Assembly: GCA_017397955.1 (NCBI GenBank) | Contig: JAFQHL010000045.1 | Location: forward strand, 26,072-90,071 | Direction of reading: 5' to 3' | Length of the DNA stretch: 64,000 nt | From: Clostridia bacterium | GTDB taxonomy: Bacteria > Bacillota > Clostridia > Oscillospirales > CAG-382 | Shown here: positions 1 to 8,149 of the stretch, piece by piece | How the letters are laid out: each line of letters starts with the position of its first letter | Numbering within the stretch: position 1 is the stretch's first letter | Translations under genes and position numbers: made by a program | The notes under the pieces: generated by a model | Told to the model about the DNA's origin: nothing | Seen by the model: only the letters and a program-made list of their open reading frames with translations | Database searches by the model: none

Positions 1-69
1 GTTCTTGCCATATAACAATCCGTTCCGCTTAATAAAATTTTACTTATTCATAATAGCACCTTTAAGGGT

Positions 70-897
70 TTAAGTCAACAAAAAATACGCACAAATGCCC
101 ATAAACACACTTTGAAACAGCTTTGCACATACACAAGGGGCAACACTAAGCTCGTCGCCGCAAAGGGCGGCGGTCTGGCAAAGTATGCTTATGCCGGAAA
201 ACCCCAATAAAAACGCCGCCTCCACCAAACTTTTGCAGTTGCTTATACCTGCGCTAATCTCCAAAAAGCCTCCTATGGCTTTTGGCAACATTTCTGCCAT
301 ACACCCAAAAAATACAACGCAACCGCAAATAACCACGGCAGACGCGGCACTACTTGCCAAAACGGCACTAAAGGGCTTGGCGTTTATCATAACCACCGGT
401 AGTATTTGTCTGTTGTTTTTTTCAAGCATCAGGGGTTTAAATATTAAAGCGGTAATCACGGCTGTTACCACCGTCAATACCGCCAACCGTGTTGCTGCGG
501 CTTTGCCCAGAAGTTCGCCCCCAAAACTGATTATAAAGGAAAGCGAGGGTGTGCAGGAAAAACAGCACAAATATTCCCCCTGCCTTTTGCTTATCCCGCC
601 GCCGCGGTAAAGCTCCAAGGCGGTTAACGGTCCCAAGGGTACTCCGCCGAATAGCCCTAAAAGCAACACCGCTGCTTCCGTTCCCCAACGCGGAAACAGG
701 GCACATAGCTTTGCCGGCCCAGCTCCCTGTGCTATCAATGTCCCCAGCACCGAAAAAACGAACAGCGCAGGCACAACCCGCTGTCCGCACAGCAAAAGAT
801 AATGCCTGCTGTTTTCTGCAACACTGTGGCTGTTAATAAGACAAAATACAAATACCGCGGCAGCGGCGGCAGGCATAAGCTTTTTTATAAATCCCAT
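70..897 (-). CDS. polytopic integral membrane protein, YlbJ / nucleoside-recognition (Gate) domain-like
   Basis: 275-aa ORF, hydrophobic throughout with several TM-like segments. It lies next to the yqfC/yqfD sporulation genes. Family assignment is by eye only. Confidence 0.4.
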   Translation of the reverse strand: MGFIKKLMPAAAAAVFVFCLINSHSVAENSRHYLLLCGQRVVPALFVFSVLGTLIAQGAGPAKLCALFPRWGTEAAVLLLGLFGGVPLGPLTALELYRGGGISKRQGEYLCCFSCTPSLSFIISFGGELLGKAAATRLAVLTVVTAVITALIFKPLMLEKNNRQILPVVMINAKPFSAVLASSAASAVVICGCVVFFGCMAEMLPKAIGGFLEISAGISNCKSLVEAAFLLGFSGISILCQTAALCGDELSVAPCVCAKLFQSVFMGICAYFLLT

Positions 898-979
898 ACA
901 ATCACCAAAAAATTATACGGTTTTTGCCGCATTTTAAGAACCGATACCGCATATCAATTTCCATAGAGGTGATTATAGC

Positions 980-1201
980 TTGCAGGATAATATGTTTACT
1001 GCCCCTTCCTTTGAACTGCACGGAAGACGGCTGTTGCAGGCGCAGGGGGTAATGACTCTTGTGGAATACAGCAAAGAGCAGGTTATTATGCTGTGCCGAA
1101 GCAGTCGCATACGAATCCGCGGTACGGATTTGCAGGTGGCAATGCTTTCCCAAAACCGCGCAGTAATAACAGGGCTTATAAACGGGTTGGAGTTTTTTTA
1201 A
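980..1201 (+). CDS. yqfC: YabP-family sporulation protein (YqfC-like)
   Basis: 73-aa ORF with a YabP-like pattern (RGTDLQVAMLSQNRAVITGLINGLEF). It sits directly upstream of yqfD, as in the conserved yqfC-yqfD pair. Confidence 0.65.
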   Translation: MQDNMFTAPSFELHGRRLLQAQGVMTLVEYSKEQVIMLCRSSRIRIRGTDLQVAMLSQNRAVITGLINGLEFF

Positions 1202-1215
1202 ATGGCGGTGTTTTT

Positions 1216-2403
1216 ATGTATGGTTTTATACGCTTAATAACGGGCTATATTAAATTGCATTTAAGCGGTGAAAACGTTTTGCAGGCAGTTGGCGAAATGG
1301 CGGAGGAGGGCTTTGTTCTAAGCCGTTTTACCCCCGTGGAGGACGGATATACCGCCGTTTATTCCGTGTTTGGCGCGGATGCTTTGATAAAACGCTTTAA
1401 TTCCCTAGGCGTGGATGTAAGGATTAACGGCAAGGGCGGGTTGCCTTTCCGTTGTATCGGATATATGCATCGCGGCGGGCTTTGGATAGGGCTTGTCTTA
1501 GCGTTGCTTATTGTTTTCAGCTCTACCCGCGTACTGTGGGATGTGCGACCGGAATGTGACGGGGAGTTTGACAAAGCAGCTGTTATAGCAGACCTTAAGA
1601 AGCTGGGTGTGTTCAGCGGTGCGCCTTTGTACGACATAAATGTTTACGAGGCGGAGCAACGCTTTTTGATAGAAAACAGTTTGTATTCCGATATCGCAAT
1701 AAACATACAGGGTACCGTGGCAACGGTAAAACTGCGTCTTAGGACGGATGCAGAGCACAAAACCGAAGATGTAAGCCCCTGCGATATTGTTGCAAAGGAG
1801 GCAGGGGTTATTCATAAGATAACCTCTACAAAAGGGGAGCCCGCCGTGGCAAAGGGCAACACCGTTGCAGAGGGCGATATACTTATAAACGGGCTTGTAA
1901 CAGGTAAACACGGCGGGGAGTATCTGTACCACGCGGCGGGTAGCGTGCAGGCAATGGTTTACAGGGAGCATACGGTTATAATTCCCCTTAAAACCACCGA
2001 AAAAAAGTATACGGGCAACACGGAAACAAAAACACTGTTTACGGTACTGGGAAAAAACATCCCTCTGTACAGGGAAGAACGCACAAGCTATACTTATGCA
2101 GACGTTATTGCCCACACGGAAACTGTAAAGCTTGCGGGTATGGTATTACCTGCGGGAAAGCAAACCCTGACATATAAGGAATACAAACTTGTGCCCGTGG
2201 AAATAAGCGTAGATGCCGCAAAGGAAAAAGCACTTGCCTCCTTTAACGCATATCTGGAGAGGGCGGTAGACGGTGAAGTGCAAAACACACAAACCGACTG
2301 CATTTACAGCAAGGAGCTTAACGCTGTTGTTCTTTCCGGCAGAGCGGAAGTGATAACGGAAATAGGGATCCCCAAAGCAATAAGCCCCAATGAAAGCAGA
2401 TGA
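1216..2403 (+). CDS. yqfD: stage IV sporulation protein YqfD
   Basis: The in-frame ATG at 1216 (MYGFIRLITGYIKLHLSGENV) is preferred over the track start at 1093, which would overlap yqfC. 395 aa with a single central TM segment (GLWIGLVLALLIVFSS), typical of YqfD. Confidence 0.7.
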   Translation: MYGFIRLITGYIKLHLSGENVLQAVGEMAEEGFVLSRFTPVEDGYTAVYSVFGADALIKRFNSLGVDVRINGKGGLPFRCIGYMHRGGLWIGLVLALLIVFSSTRVLWDVRPECDGEFDKAAVIADLKKLGVFSGAPLYDINVYEAEQRFLIENSLYSDIAINIQGTVATVKLRLRTDAEHKTEDVSPCDIVAKEAGVIHKITSTKGEPAVAKGNTVAEGDILINGLVTGKHGGEYLYHAAGSVQAMVYREHTVIIPLKTTEKKYTGNTETKTLFTVLGKNIPLYREERTSYTYADVIAHTETVKLAGMVLPAGKQTLTYKEYKLVPVEISVDAAKEKALASFNAYLERAVDGEVQNTQTDCIYSKELNAVVLSGRAEVITEIGIPKAISPNESR

Positions 2404-2438
2404 TACATAGAGTCTTCTATGTGACTCACCTAAAAACA

Positions 2439-2467
2439 GCCCATACCCGTAAATTAAGGGTATGGGC
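2439..2467. terminator. bidirectional intrinsic terminator between convergent yqfD and the dockerin protein gene
   Basis: GCCCATACCC / GGGTATGGGC 10-bp stem with a 9-nt loop. An A-run precedes it and a T-run follows. Confidence 0.6.
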
Positions 2468-2500
2468 TTTAAAGCTTATTATTATGTGTAAATCTTTGGC

Positions 2501-3445
2501 TTAGTCATTTATATCAATATATTCAGCAGAGCACCAGCCGTAAACATAATTGCCGTTTTCGTCTGCACCCCAGCACTGTACCCAGCCGTTTTCGCCTGTA
2601 CGGTCGGTTACTATTATGGAAGTACCGTTTAAAAATGCGGATTTTTTTGCATAGCTTGTTGAGGGGCCCGTACGCACATTAAGCCTTGTGCCGCCGCAGT
2701 TTATCACGGCAGAATATCCGCAGCCCACTTCAAATTCTGCAGTTTTGCCCATATACATAAGTTTTACCCTGTGTACACCTGCTTCTCCGCTGTATCCGCT
2801 TACTGAATATCCGCTAAGCTCCTCGGTACTGCCGTTTGCGTAAACCGCGTTAAGCTTAAGCCCCGTAAGAGACAGGGTTTGCCCTATTCTGTAGTTCCGC
2901 TTGCTTGGCAATCTTGCAAGCTGAAGTTCGCTTATTTGTGGCTGTTCTACATTTACGGTAAAAGAAATAAGCCTGCCGTAACTTGAAACGGTTATTATCT
3001 TTGTACCCGCTGTACCGCTAAAACCGCTATGGGTGTATTTGTCTGTCAGGCGGGTTTGCCCATTGGTATATGTAACGGAAAGCTTAAAGCCTTCCATACT
3101 AAACGCCTCGCCTACTTTGTACTTAAGCTTGTGGGGTGGTGAAAGAATATTAAGGTGCGATATGGCACTGGCGGGCAGTTTCTTTTCCCTTCCGCTTGCA
3201 TACCGCAGTATCTGTGTGGCATCGCCTACGGTAATCCTGCCGTCACCGTCAATATCCGCAACGGACTTTTGCGCTTGGGTAAAATTACCGCCTGCGGCAA
3301 CATAGTTAAACACAAGCTCCCCGTCTGTTCTGTCAACAATACCGTCGCCGTTTACGTCGCCTTTTTGGTGGGCATGGGCAGAAAAAGGCACAAGCACGGC
3401 AAACGCCAATACAAAAGCCATAGCCTTGTTAAAAGCCTTTTTCAT
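2501..3445 (-). CDS. secreted dockerin-containing protein with two Ig-like repeats and a C-terminal SH3b-like domain
   Basis: Signal peptide MKKAFNKAMAFVLAFAVLVPFSAHA. Duplicated Ca-binding dockerin segments (DVNGDGIVDRTD, DIDGDGRITVGD). Two internal repeats (KYKVGEAFSMEGFKLSVTYTNGQT / NYRIGQTLSLTGLKLNAVYANGST). SH3b-like C-terminus (LNVRTGPSTSY...GWVQCW). Start moved to ATG 3445 (M21 of the track ORF). Confidence 0.6.
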   Translation of the reverse strand: MKKAFNKAMAFVLAFAVLVPFSAHAHQKGDVNGDGIVDRTDGELVFNYVAAGGNFTQAQKSVADIDGDGRITVGDATQILRYASGREKKLPASAISHLNILSPPHKLKYKVGEAFSMEGFKLSVTYTNGQTRLTDKYTHSGFSGTAGTKIITVSSYGRLISFTVNVEQPQISELQLARLPSKRNYRIGQTLSLTGLKLNAVYANGSTEELSGYSVSGYSGEAGVHRVKLMYMGKTAEFEVGCGYSAVINCGGTRLNVRTGPSTSYAKKSAFLNGTSIIVTDRTGENGWVQCWGADENGNYVYGWCSAEYIDIND

Positions 3446-3452
3446 ATCCTTT

Positions 3453-4157
3453 TTACCCCCTGTTTCCCATCTCGTGCAACGCCGCCAATGCATCACCCAA
3501 GCCACCTACCGCATCAATAAGCCCTTCTGCAACGGCACCCGCGCCGTCAAGGACCGTTCCTATATCTGTGGTCATCTCATCCGTAGACAGCATAAGCTGT
3601 TTTATGCGCTCTGCCTTGGCACCGCTGTTTTTCACAATGAAATCTATAATCCTGTCCTGCATACGCTCAAAATATGCAAAACTTTGCGGCACACCTATAA
3701 CCAACCCCGTTGTCCTTACGGGATGTAAGGTCATGGTTGCGGTTGGCACAATAAAAGAGCGTTTTGCCGCCACCGCTAAGGGCACACCTATTGAATGACC
3801 GCCGCCCAGTATCAAGGATACCGTGGGCTTTTTCATCCCCGCAATCAGTTCTGCAATGGCAAGCCCCGCCTCTACATCGCCTCCAATGGTGTTTATAAGC
3901 ACCAAAAGCCCTTTAACCGCGGGGCTTTCCTCGGCGGCAACAAGTGTGGGTATGCATTGTTCGTACTTGGTGGATTTTGCACCTGCAGGTGCCTCACAGT
4001 GTCCTTCTATCTGTCCTGCTATTATCAGGGCGTGTATCAAAGTTCCGCCGCTTTCCATGGTAACACTGCCGTATTCACCTGCCCTGTCTGCTGCGCGCTC
4101 CGGTGCGGCAGGCGGTACACCTGCATCGTCTTTTTCGTTACGGTACATATAAGCCAC
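3453..4157 (-). CDS. tepA: ClpP-family protease-like protein TepA (translocation-enhancing protein)
   Basis: 234 aa. The ClpP/TepA-like core reads LLVLINTIGGDVEAGLAIAELIAGMKKPTVSLILGGGHSIGVPLAVAA...ATMTLHPVR. Confidence 0.65.
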   Translation of the reverse strand: MAYMYRNEKDDAGVPPAAPERAADRAGEYGSVTMESGGTLIHALIIAGQIEGHCEAPAGAKSTKYEQCIPTLVAAEESPAVKGLLVLINTIGGDVEAGLAIAELIAGMKKPTVSLILGGGHSIGVPLAVAAKRSFIVPTATMTLHPVRTTGLVIGVPQSFAYFERMQDRIIDFIVKNSGAKAERIKQLMLSTDEMTTDIGTVLDGAGAVAEGLIDAVGGLGDALAALHEMGNRG

Positions 4158-4276
4158 TCCTTTTTATAATAAAAGCCTTTGACTTATTATTACCGCTTTT
4201 CGTTATTCTAACACAAAATCTTGCCGTTTTCAAGCATCTGCCCTAAAATCCTTGTTGGACAAAAACGGGACATTTT

Positions 4277-4305
4277 TTGACAACACACCTCTTTCATGAT
4301 ATAAT
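4277..4305 (+). promoter_or_regulatory. consensus sigma-A promoter (TTGACA-17 nt-TATAAT with TG at -15/-14)
   Basis: TTGACA at 4277-4282, a 17-nt spacer, TATAAT at 4300-4305 and TG at 4297-4298. A GGAGG RBS and the ATG at 4344 follow. Confidence 0.7.
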
Positions 4306-4343
4306 GATAACGTAAGAGGGTAATATTTTAAAATGGAGGAAAA

Positions 4344-5135
4344 ATGAAAACCATTATTATTACCGTAAAAGAAAAAATAGCTACGGCACAAGAGGATGCT
4401 TTTATCGTATGCGGCAACAGCGATATTAAGGCATCCTTTGTTTTTGACGGCGATTGGGATGATGTAGGTACCAAAACTGCGGTTTTTATATGCTCTGACG
4501 GTACTGCATATTATGTAGAGATGGTAGATGACTGCTGCAGCGTGCCCGTGCTTCGTGGTACGTCGTATGTAAAGGTGGGGGTTATATCTTCCGCTGTAGT
4601 TACCAGCACTTCTGCACTTATACCCTGTAAGCCTGCCGTTACCGATGATGCGGAAAATCAAGGAACCATAGGTCAAGACCAATATGAAACTCTTTGCGGC
4701 ATAATTGATAACCGCTTTCCCAAGGGCGGTACACAGGGGGATATCCTTGTAAAACAAAGCGGTGCCGATTACGACACCGGTTGGGAAAGCTCTGCTGACT
4801 ACTGCAAAAAGAATGAGGTGTACACTAAAAACGAGACGATACAATTGCTGTTAAGCAGAGAGCTGAAGCGCGAGATGATTACGCAAGCTTCGGGGCAAGT
4901 TCAGGTGGAGGACAACGCAGACTTTCTGTTAAACGGTGTTAGCTCTTTGTTTTTCATGTGTGATGAATCTTCTAAGTGCAACATTATGCTTACAACCGCT
5001 TCGGAAGGTGACGTATCTGTGACATTCGAGGGCCTTACGGCATACAGCGGTCCGGACCCTGCGGATATGGGTAACGGTGAAACTTGGGAGTTCGACATTC
5101 TTCATGGCAGGTGTATAGGAAGGAAGTGGGCGTGA
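4344..5135 (+). CDS. phage tail-fibre / receptor-binding-like protein
   Basis: 263-aa ORF containing GGTQGDILVKQSGADYDTGWES, a motif I recognise from Firmicute phage tail-fibre proteins. It lies upstream of a lysis cassette. Confidence 0.4.
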   Translation: MKTIIITVKEKIATAQEDAFIVCGNSDIKASFVFDGDWDDVGTKTAVFICSDGTAYYVEMVDDCCSVPVLRGTSYVKVGVISSAVVTSTSALIPCKPAVTDDAENQGTIGQDQYETLCGIIDNRFPKGGTQGDILVKQSGADYDTGWESSADYCKKNEVYTKNETIQLLLSRELKREMITQASGQVQVEDNADFLLNGVSSLFFMCDESSKCNIMLTTASEGDVSVTFEGLTAYSGPDPADMGNGETWEFDILHGRCIGRKWA

Positions 5136-5136
5136 T

Positions 5137-5712
5137 ATGAGCTTGCGACGCAGACTGCTTATGCAGGACTATAGCTTGCCGCAGGCGTATACGGAGCTAA
5201 ACTTTATTAGCTTTGACGGCAACGGCTATTGTCTAACGGATTACTTAATCAAATCCGACGACAGGGTTGAATACCGTTCCAGAGCATCAAAGCTTGTAGA
5301 TAACGGGCTGTTCGGTGTGAATTCCACTGCAGGGGAAAGCTTTTATATTTTTTACGATGGCAGAAACGTTGTGGCGGCACACGGCGAAACAAGTGCTACC
5401 TCAAGTAATTGCATAGTATACACCCCGCGTGATTATATATATCAAAACAGTATGCTTTACGAAGCGGGTAACAACAAAATCACTGCCTTTTCAACTGCTG
5501 CATTCAAAAGCAAACAGCCTATGTATATAGGCGCAATCAACAACGGCGGCACACCCGACTATCCTTTTAACGGTACGGTGTATTATTTTAGGATATACAA
5601 CAACAGCGGTAAACTTTTAAGAAGCTATGTGCCTTGCACAAGAAACAGCGACGGTAAAGCAGGTTTGTTTGAGCTGGTATATCAAAAATTCTGCCCCATA
5701 TTACCTTTATAG
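5137..5712 (+). CDS. phage tail-fibre distal-domain-like hypothetical protein
   Basis: 191 aa, starting 1 nt after the previous stop. The pattern (LPQAYTELNFISFDGNGYCLTDY...FRIYNNSGKLLRSYVPC...GLFELV) resembles jelly-roll tail-fibre tip proteins of gut Firmicute phages. Called by eye only. Confidence 0.35.
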   Translation: MSLRRRLLMQDYSLPQAYTELNFISFDGNGYCLTDYLIKSDDRVEYRSRASKLVDNGLFGVNSTAGESFYIFYDGRNVVAAHGETSATSSNCIVYTPRDYIYQNSMLYEAGNNKITAFSTAAFKSKQPMYIGAINNGGTPDYPFNGTVYYFRIYNNSGKLLRSYVPCTRNSDGKAGLFELVYQKFCPILPL

Positions 5713-5726
5713 GAGGTGAATGGCTT

Positions 5727-6176
5727 TTGAAGAATGAAACGATAAAAACAACGGCCGCTTGTGTTTTTGCAATACTTGGCAGTGTAACCAAACGGCTTGC
5801 TTTGCCCTTTTGCGCCCTTTGCGTTTTAATGGCGGCTGATTATTTTACGGGCCTTATAAAAAGCAAGCAAAACGGCACGGTTTGTTCCCGCACGGGGCTT
5901 AAAGGTATACTCAAAAAGTTGGGATATGTAGCCGCGGTAATAGCGGCGGCGGGCGTGGATTATACGGTGTATTTTGTTTCCGACAGTCTTGGAGAAGGGT
6001 TTGGATTCAAGCCTGTATTTATGCTTTTGCTTATTTTTTGGCTTATCATTAACGAAAGCATAAGCATTCTGGAAAACCTAAGTGCTATGGGTGTGCCCAT
6101 GCCCGACTTTTTGCTTAAAGCTGCAAAAAGCCTTAAGGTAAATGTTGTGAAAAAAGGGGAGAGCAAGGATGAATAA
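5727..6176 (+). CDS. phage holin (holin family 4 / TcdE-like)
   Basis: 149 aa with 3-4 TM segments. Conserved WLIINESISILENLSAMGVPMP motif. TTG start 10 nt after an AGGAGG RBS. Paralogue of 43957-44448. Confidence 0.8.
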   Translation: MKNETIKTTAACVFAILGSVTKRLALPFCALCVLMAADYFTGLIKSKQNGTVCSRTGLKGILKKLGYVAAVIAAAGVDYTVYFVSDSLGEGFGFKPVFMLLLIFWLIINESISILENLSAMGVPMPDFLLKAAKSLKVNVVKKGESKDE

Positions 6177-6927
6177 AAAAACGCATCGCATATATTTATC
6201 GCCCGCAAATCATTATAAGCAATATGCTGTGGCGGGATTTACGGAAAAAGAGCAAATGGATAAGCTGGCGGTATTGCTTGTAAAAGAACTGGAAAAATAC
6301 GAAGGTGCAGAGCCTGTCCTTACAAATATATACGATATTGATAGAAGCTATACGGGCAGACCTGAGGAGGCACAGCGACTAAACTGTGATATTTATGTGG
6401 CACTTCACAGTAATGGTGGCGGTGGCAAAGGAGCTTGCGTGTTTTATCATCCTAAATTTGAGCTTTCCAAAAAGCTTGCTTTGTCGATGGTAAAAGAGCT
6501 TAACGCAATATGCCCCATCAAGAGTAATAGAGCCGTACAGCCCGCTATCTATCCTTGGAGCTATAACGAATGGAATTTCGGAGAGCTGAGGGAGCCTGCA
6601 GGCAATGGAATTGCACCTGTGCTTATCGAGCATGAGTTTCACGACACCGTTGAAGGTGCAACGTGGCTTATCCAAAACATAAAACAAATAGCAAAGGCAG
6701 ATGCTACAGCAATAGCAAACGCCCTTAACCTTAAACGAAAACCTATGCTTGGTGACATAAATGGTGATGGGGAAGTTAACAGCCTTGATGCGGTAGCAAT
6801 ACTGCGTTGCGATGCAGGAATAGTTCAGCTTGACGAAACACAAAAAGCCACCGCCGATATAAACGGCGATGGCAAGGTAAATAGCCTTGATGCTGTGGCG
6901 ATATTAAAGATGGATGCCCTAAAATAA
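6169..6927 (+). CDS. N-acetylmuramoyl-L-alanine amidase endolysin with C-terminal dockerin repeats
   Basis: 252 aa. Amidase_3-like core (IYLSPANH...DIYVALHSNGGGGKGACVFYH...LIEHEFHD), then two dockerin segments (DINGDGEVNSLDAVAILRCDAG, DINGDGKVNSLDAVAILKMDA). The start overlaps the holin stop. Confidence 0.8.
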   Translation: MNKKTHRIYLSPANHYKQYAVAGFTEKEQMDKLAVLLVKELEKYEGAEPVLTNIYDIDRSYTGRPEEAQRLNCDIYVALHSNGGGGKGACVFYHPKFELSKKLALSMVKELNAICPIKSNRAVQPAIYPWSYNEWNFGELREPAGNGIAPVLIEHEFHDTVEGATWLIQNIKQIAKADATAIANALNLKRKPMLGDINGDGEVNSLDAVAILRCDAGIVQLDETQKATADINGDGKVNSLDAVAILKMDALK

Positions 6928-6946
6928 CGAGATAACAAGTAAGGAA

Positions 6947-6979
6947 AAAGCCCCAAGACCTTATCGTTCTTGGGGCTTT
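6947..6979. terminator. hairpin terminator abutting the tRNA-fragment core
   Basis: AAAGCCCCAAGA / TCTTGGGGCTTT 12-bp stem with an 8-9-nt loop. Confidence 0.6.
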
Positions 6980-7001
6980 GGAGCTGGTAGTGGGATTTGA
7001 A
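6979..7001. repeat. att core copy 1 (attL of the intact prophage, right end of the remnant)
   Basis: TGGAGCTGGTAGTGGGATTTGAA is identical to 45491-45513, which is the 3' end of tRNA-Thr read on the minus strand. The two copies diverge immediately after the 23-mer. Confidence 0.85.
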
Positions 7002-7104
7002 TAATACTCTTTTTGTTTTTTGCGTAAAAATAGCGCATTTTCATACGTTTCTGTTTCTCGTTTAGCAAAAATTGTACAACTATATTTGCCGTTTTAATAA
7101 CGTA

Positions 7105-7128
7105 TAAAGGGTAAAATAAAGGGTAAAA
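7105..7128 (+). repeat. tandem 12-nt direct repeat TAAAGGGTAAAA x2 (candidate integrase arm-type site)
   Basis: Two perfect tandem copies. The same TAAAGGGTA motif with the same 12-nt spacing recurs at 45413-45436, near the other prophage end. Confidence 0.5.
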
Positions 7129-7180
7129 CTTGAATAATAGATTTTCGTGTTTGGCTGTAGATGATACAACTATTACAAAA

Positions 7181-7744
7181 TCAACTGTTGCTCTGGTTTG
7201 CTAAAGCGTTCAATTCCTCCCACTTTTGAAAAATTCTTTTCAAGTGGTAATTTGTGACTTCCTTTTTAATTTGTAATAGTGTTTTGTTTAGTTTGTAGTC
7301 AGGGATTATATCAGCGTTTTTACAGATGTCGTATATAGAATTTGCTTTTAAATTTGATGAACAAAAACAATTGTGATCCTCAAGTGAGCATTTTATGCAT
7401 TTTATGAAGTCTAATGATAAATTTTTATATTGAGCCAACGCAGGAGAACTGCCTCTTTTTGTTTCAAACTTTGCAATCAAGTTGGAACATATAATGTTAA
7501 CATCACATTTGCATTTTAAGAACAGCCGGGTCCCCTCGTTGAAACTCGTCGTTTCTGAACGTATTATTGTATCATTAAATATAGATATAATTTCTTTTAG
7601 CTTCTCAAAAGTAGTAACAACGAAATATTTGTTCTTGTTTAGTTTCTTTATCAGTGGTGGAATATACTTGATCGCTAATGGTGTTATAGCAATAATCAAA
7701 CACAGCAAATTATATAAGGTGAAAGTTTGCCCACTGGTTTCCAT
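7181..7744 (-). CDS. hypothetical membrane-anchored Cys-rich protein (prophage cargo)
   Basis: Start taken at M11 (AGGAG RBS 8 nt upstream). N-terminal TM helix (FTLYNLLCLIIAITPLAIKYIPPLI) followed by a Cys-rich soluble part. Lies in the AT-rich segment. No family recognised. Confidence 0.5.
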   Translation of the reverse strand: METSGQTFTLYNLLCLIIAITPLAIKYIPPLIKKLNKNKYFVVTTFEKLKEIISIFNDTIIRSETTSFNEGTRLFLKCKCDVNIICSNLIAKFETKRGSSPALAQYKNLSLDFIKCIKCSLEDHNCFCSSNLKANSIYDICKNADIIPDYKLNKTLLQIKKEVTNYHLKRIFQKWEELNALANQSNS

Positions 7745-8149
7745 AAAAACATCTCCTGTTAACGATTTTGGCAATATAACGCTTGTCTATAATATTGCAT
7801 ATGTCGTTTCAAATGTCAATAATTTTTTTCGCATTTCAAGAATTTTGTTGAAACGTTTCCTTTTATGCTGTGCTGTGCAAAAAAATGTTTTTTTGTGTAA
7901 AATAATTAAATTGCGTTATGTAAGTGGTGTTAATAACATCTCTTGCGTATACAGGAGCTATGGTACATAAAAATAATTAAAGATAATATGATATAGAGAG
8001 CATTTGGTAAAAGTTAATAGTGAATATTATGAAAAAAACGCAAAACATCATACATTTGAAAAGGAGATTATATGAAGATACTTGAATTGTTCATAAAATC
8101 GTGTTATACTACACATGGAAGGATACACGGAAAGAAAGGAGAGGTTTCA

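Larger units (their letters stand above)
4277..7001. mobile_element. prophage remnant (two tail-fibre-like genes, holin, endolysin) ending in a tRNA-Thr 3' fragment
   Basis: Four tightly packed phage-type genes. The holin and endolysin are collinear paralogues of those at 43957-45187. The right end has the same hairpin-plus-23-nt tRNA core as the right end of the intact prophage. No integrase, head or tail-tube genes and no left att copy were seen. Confidence 0.7.

Noticed and set aside
1093-1215. N-terminal extension of yqfD (track start at 1093)
   Set aside because: It would overlap yqfC by more than 100 nt and would add a basic, non-conserved-looking leader. The ATG at 1216 gives the typical YqfD N-terminus.
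4230-4844. 204-aa ORF on the minus strand
   Set aside because: It is antisense to the tail-fibre-like gene and spans its consensus promoter and RBS. There is no RBS of its own and the composition is implausible.
7105-7128. Possible mini-CRISPR or tandem-repeat array
   Set aside because: There are only two 12-nt units with no spacers, and no cas genes are present. A matching motif at the other prophage end fits recombinase arm sites better.
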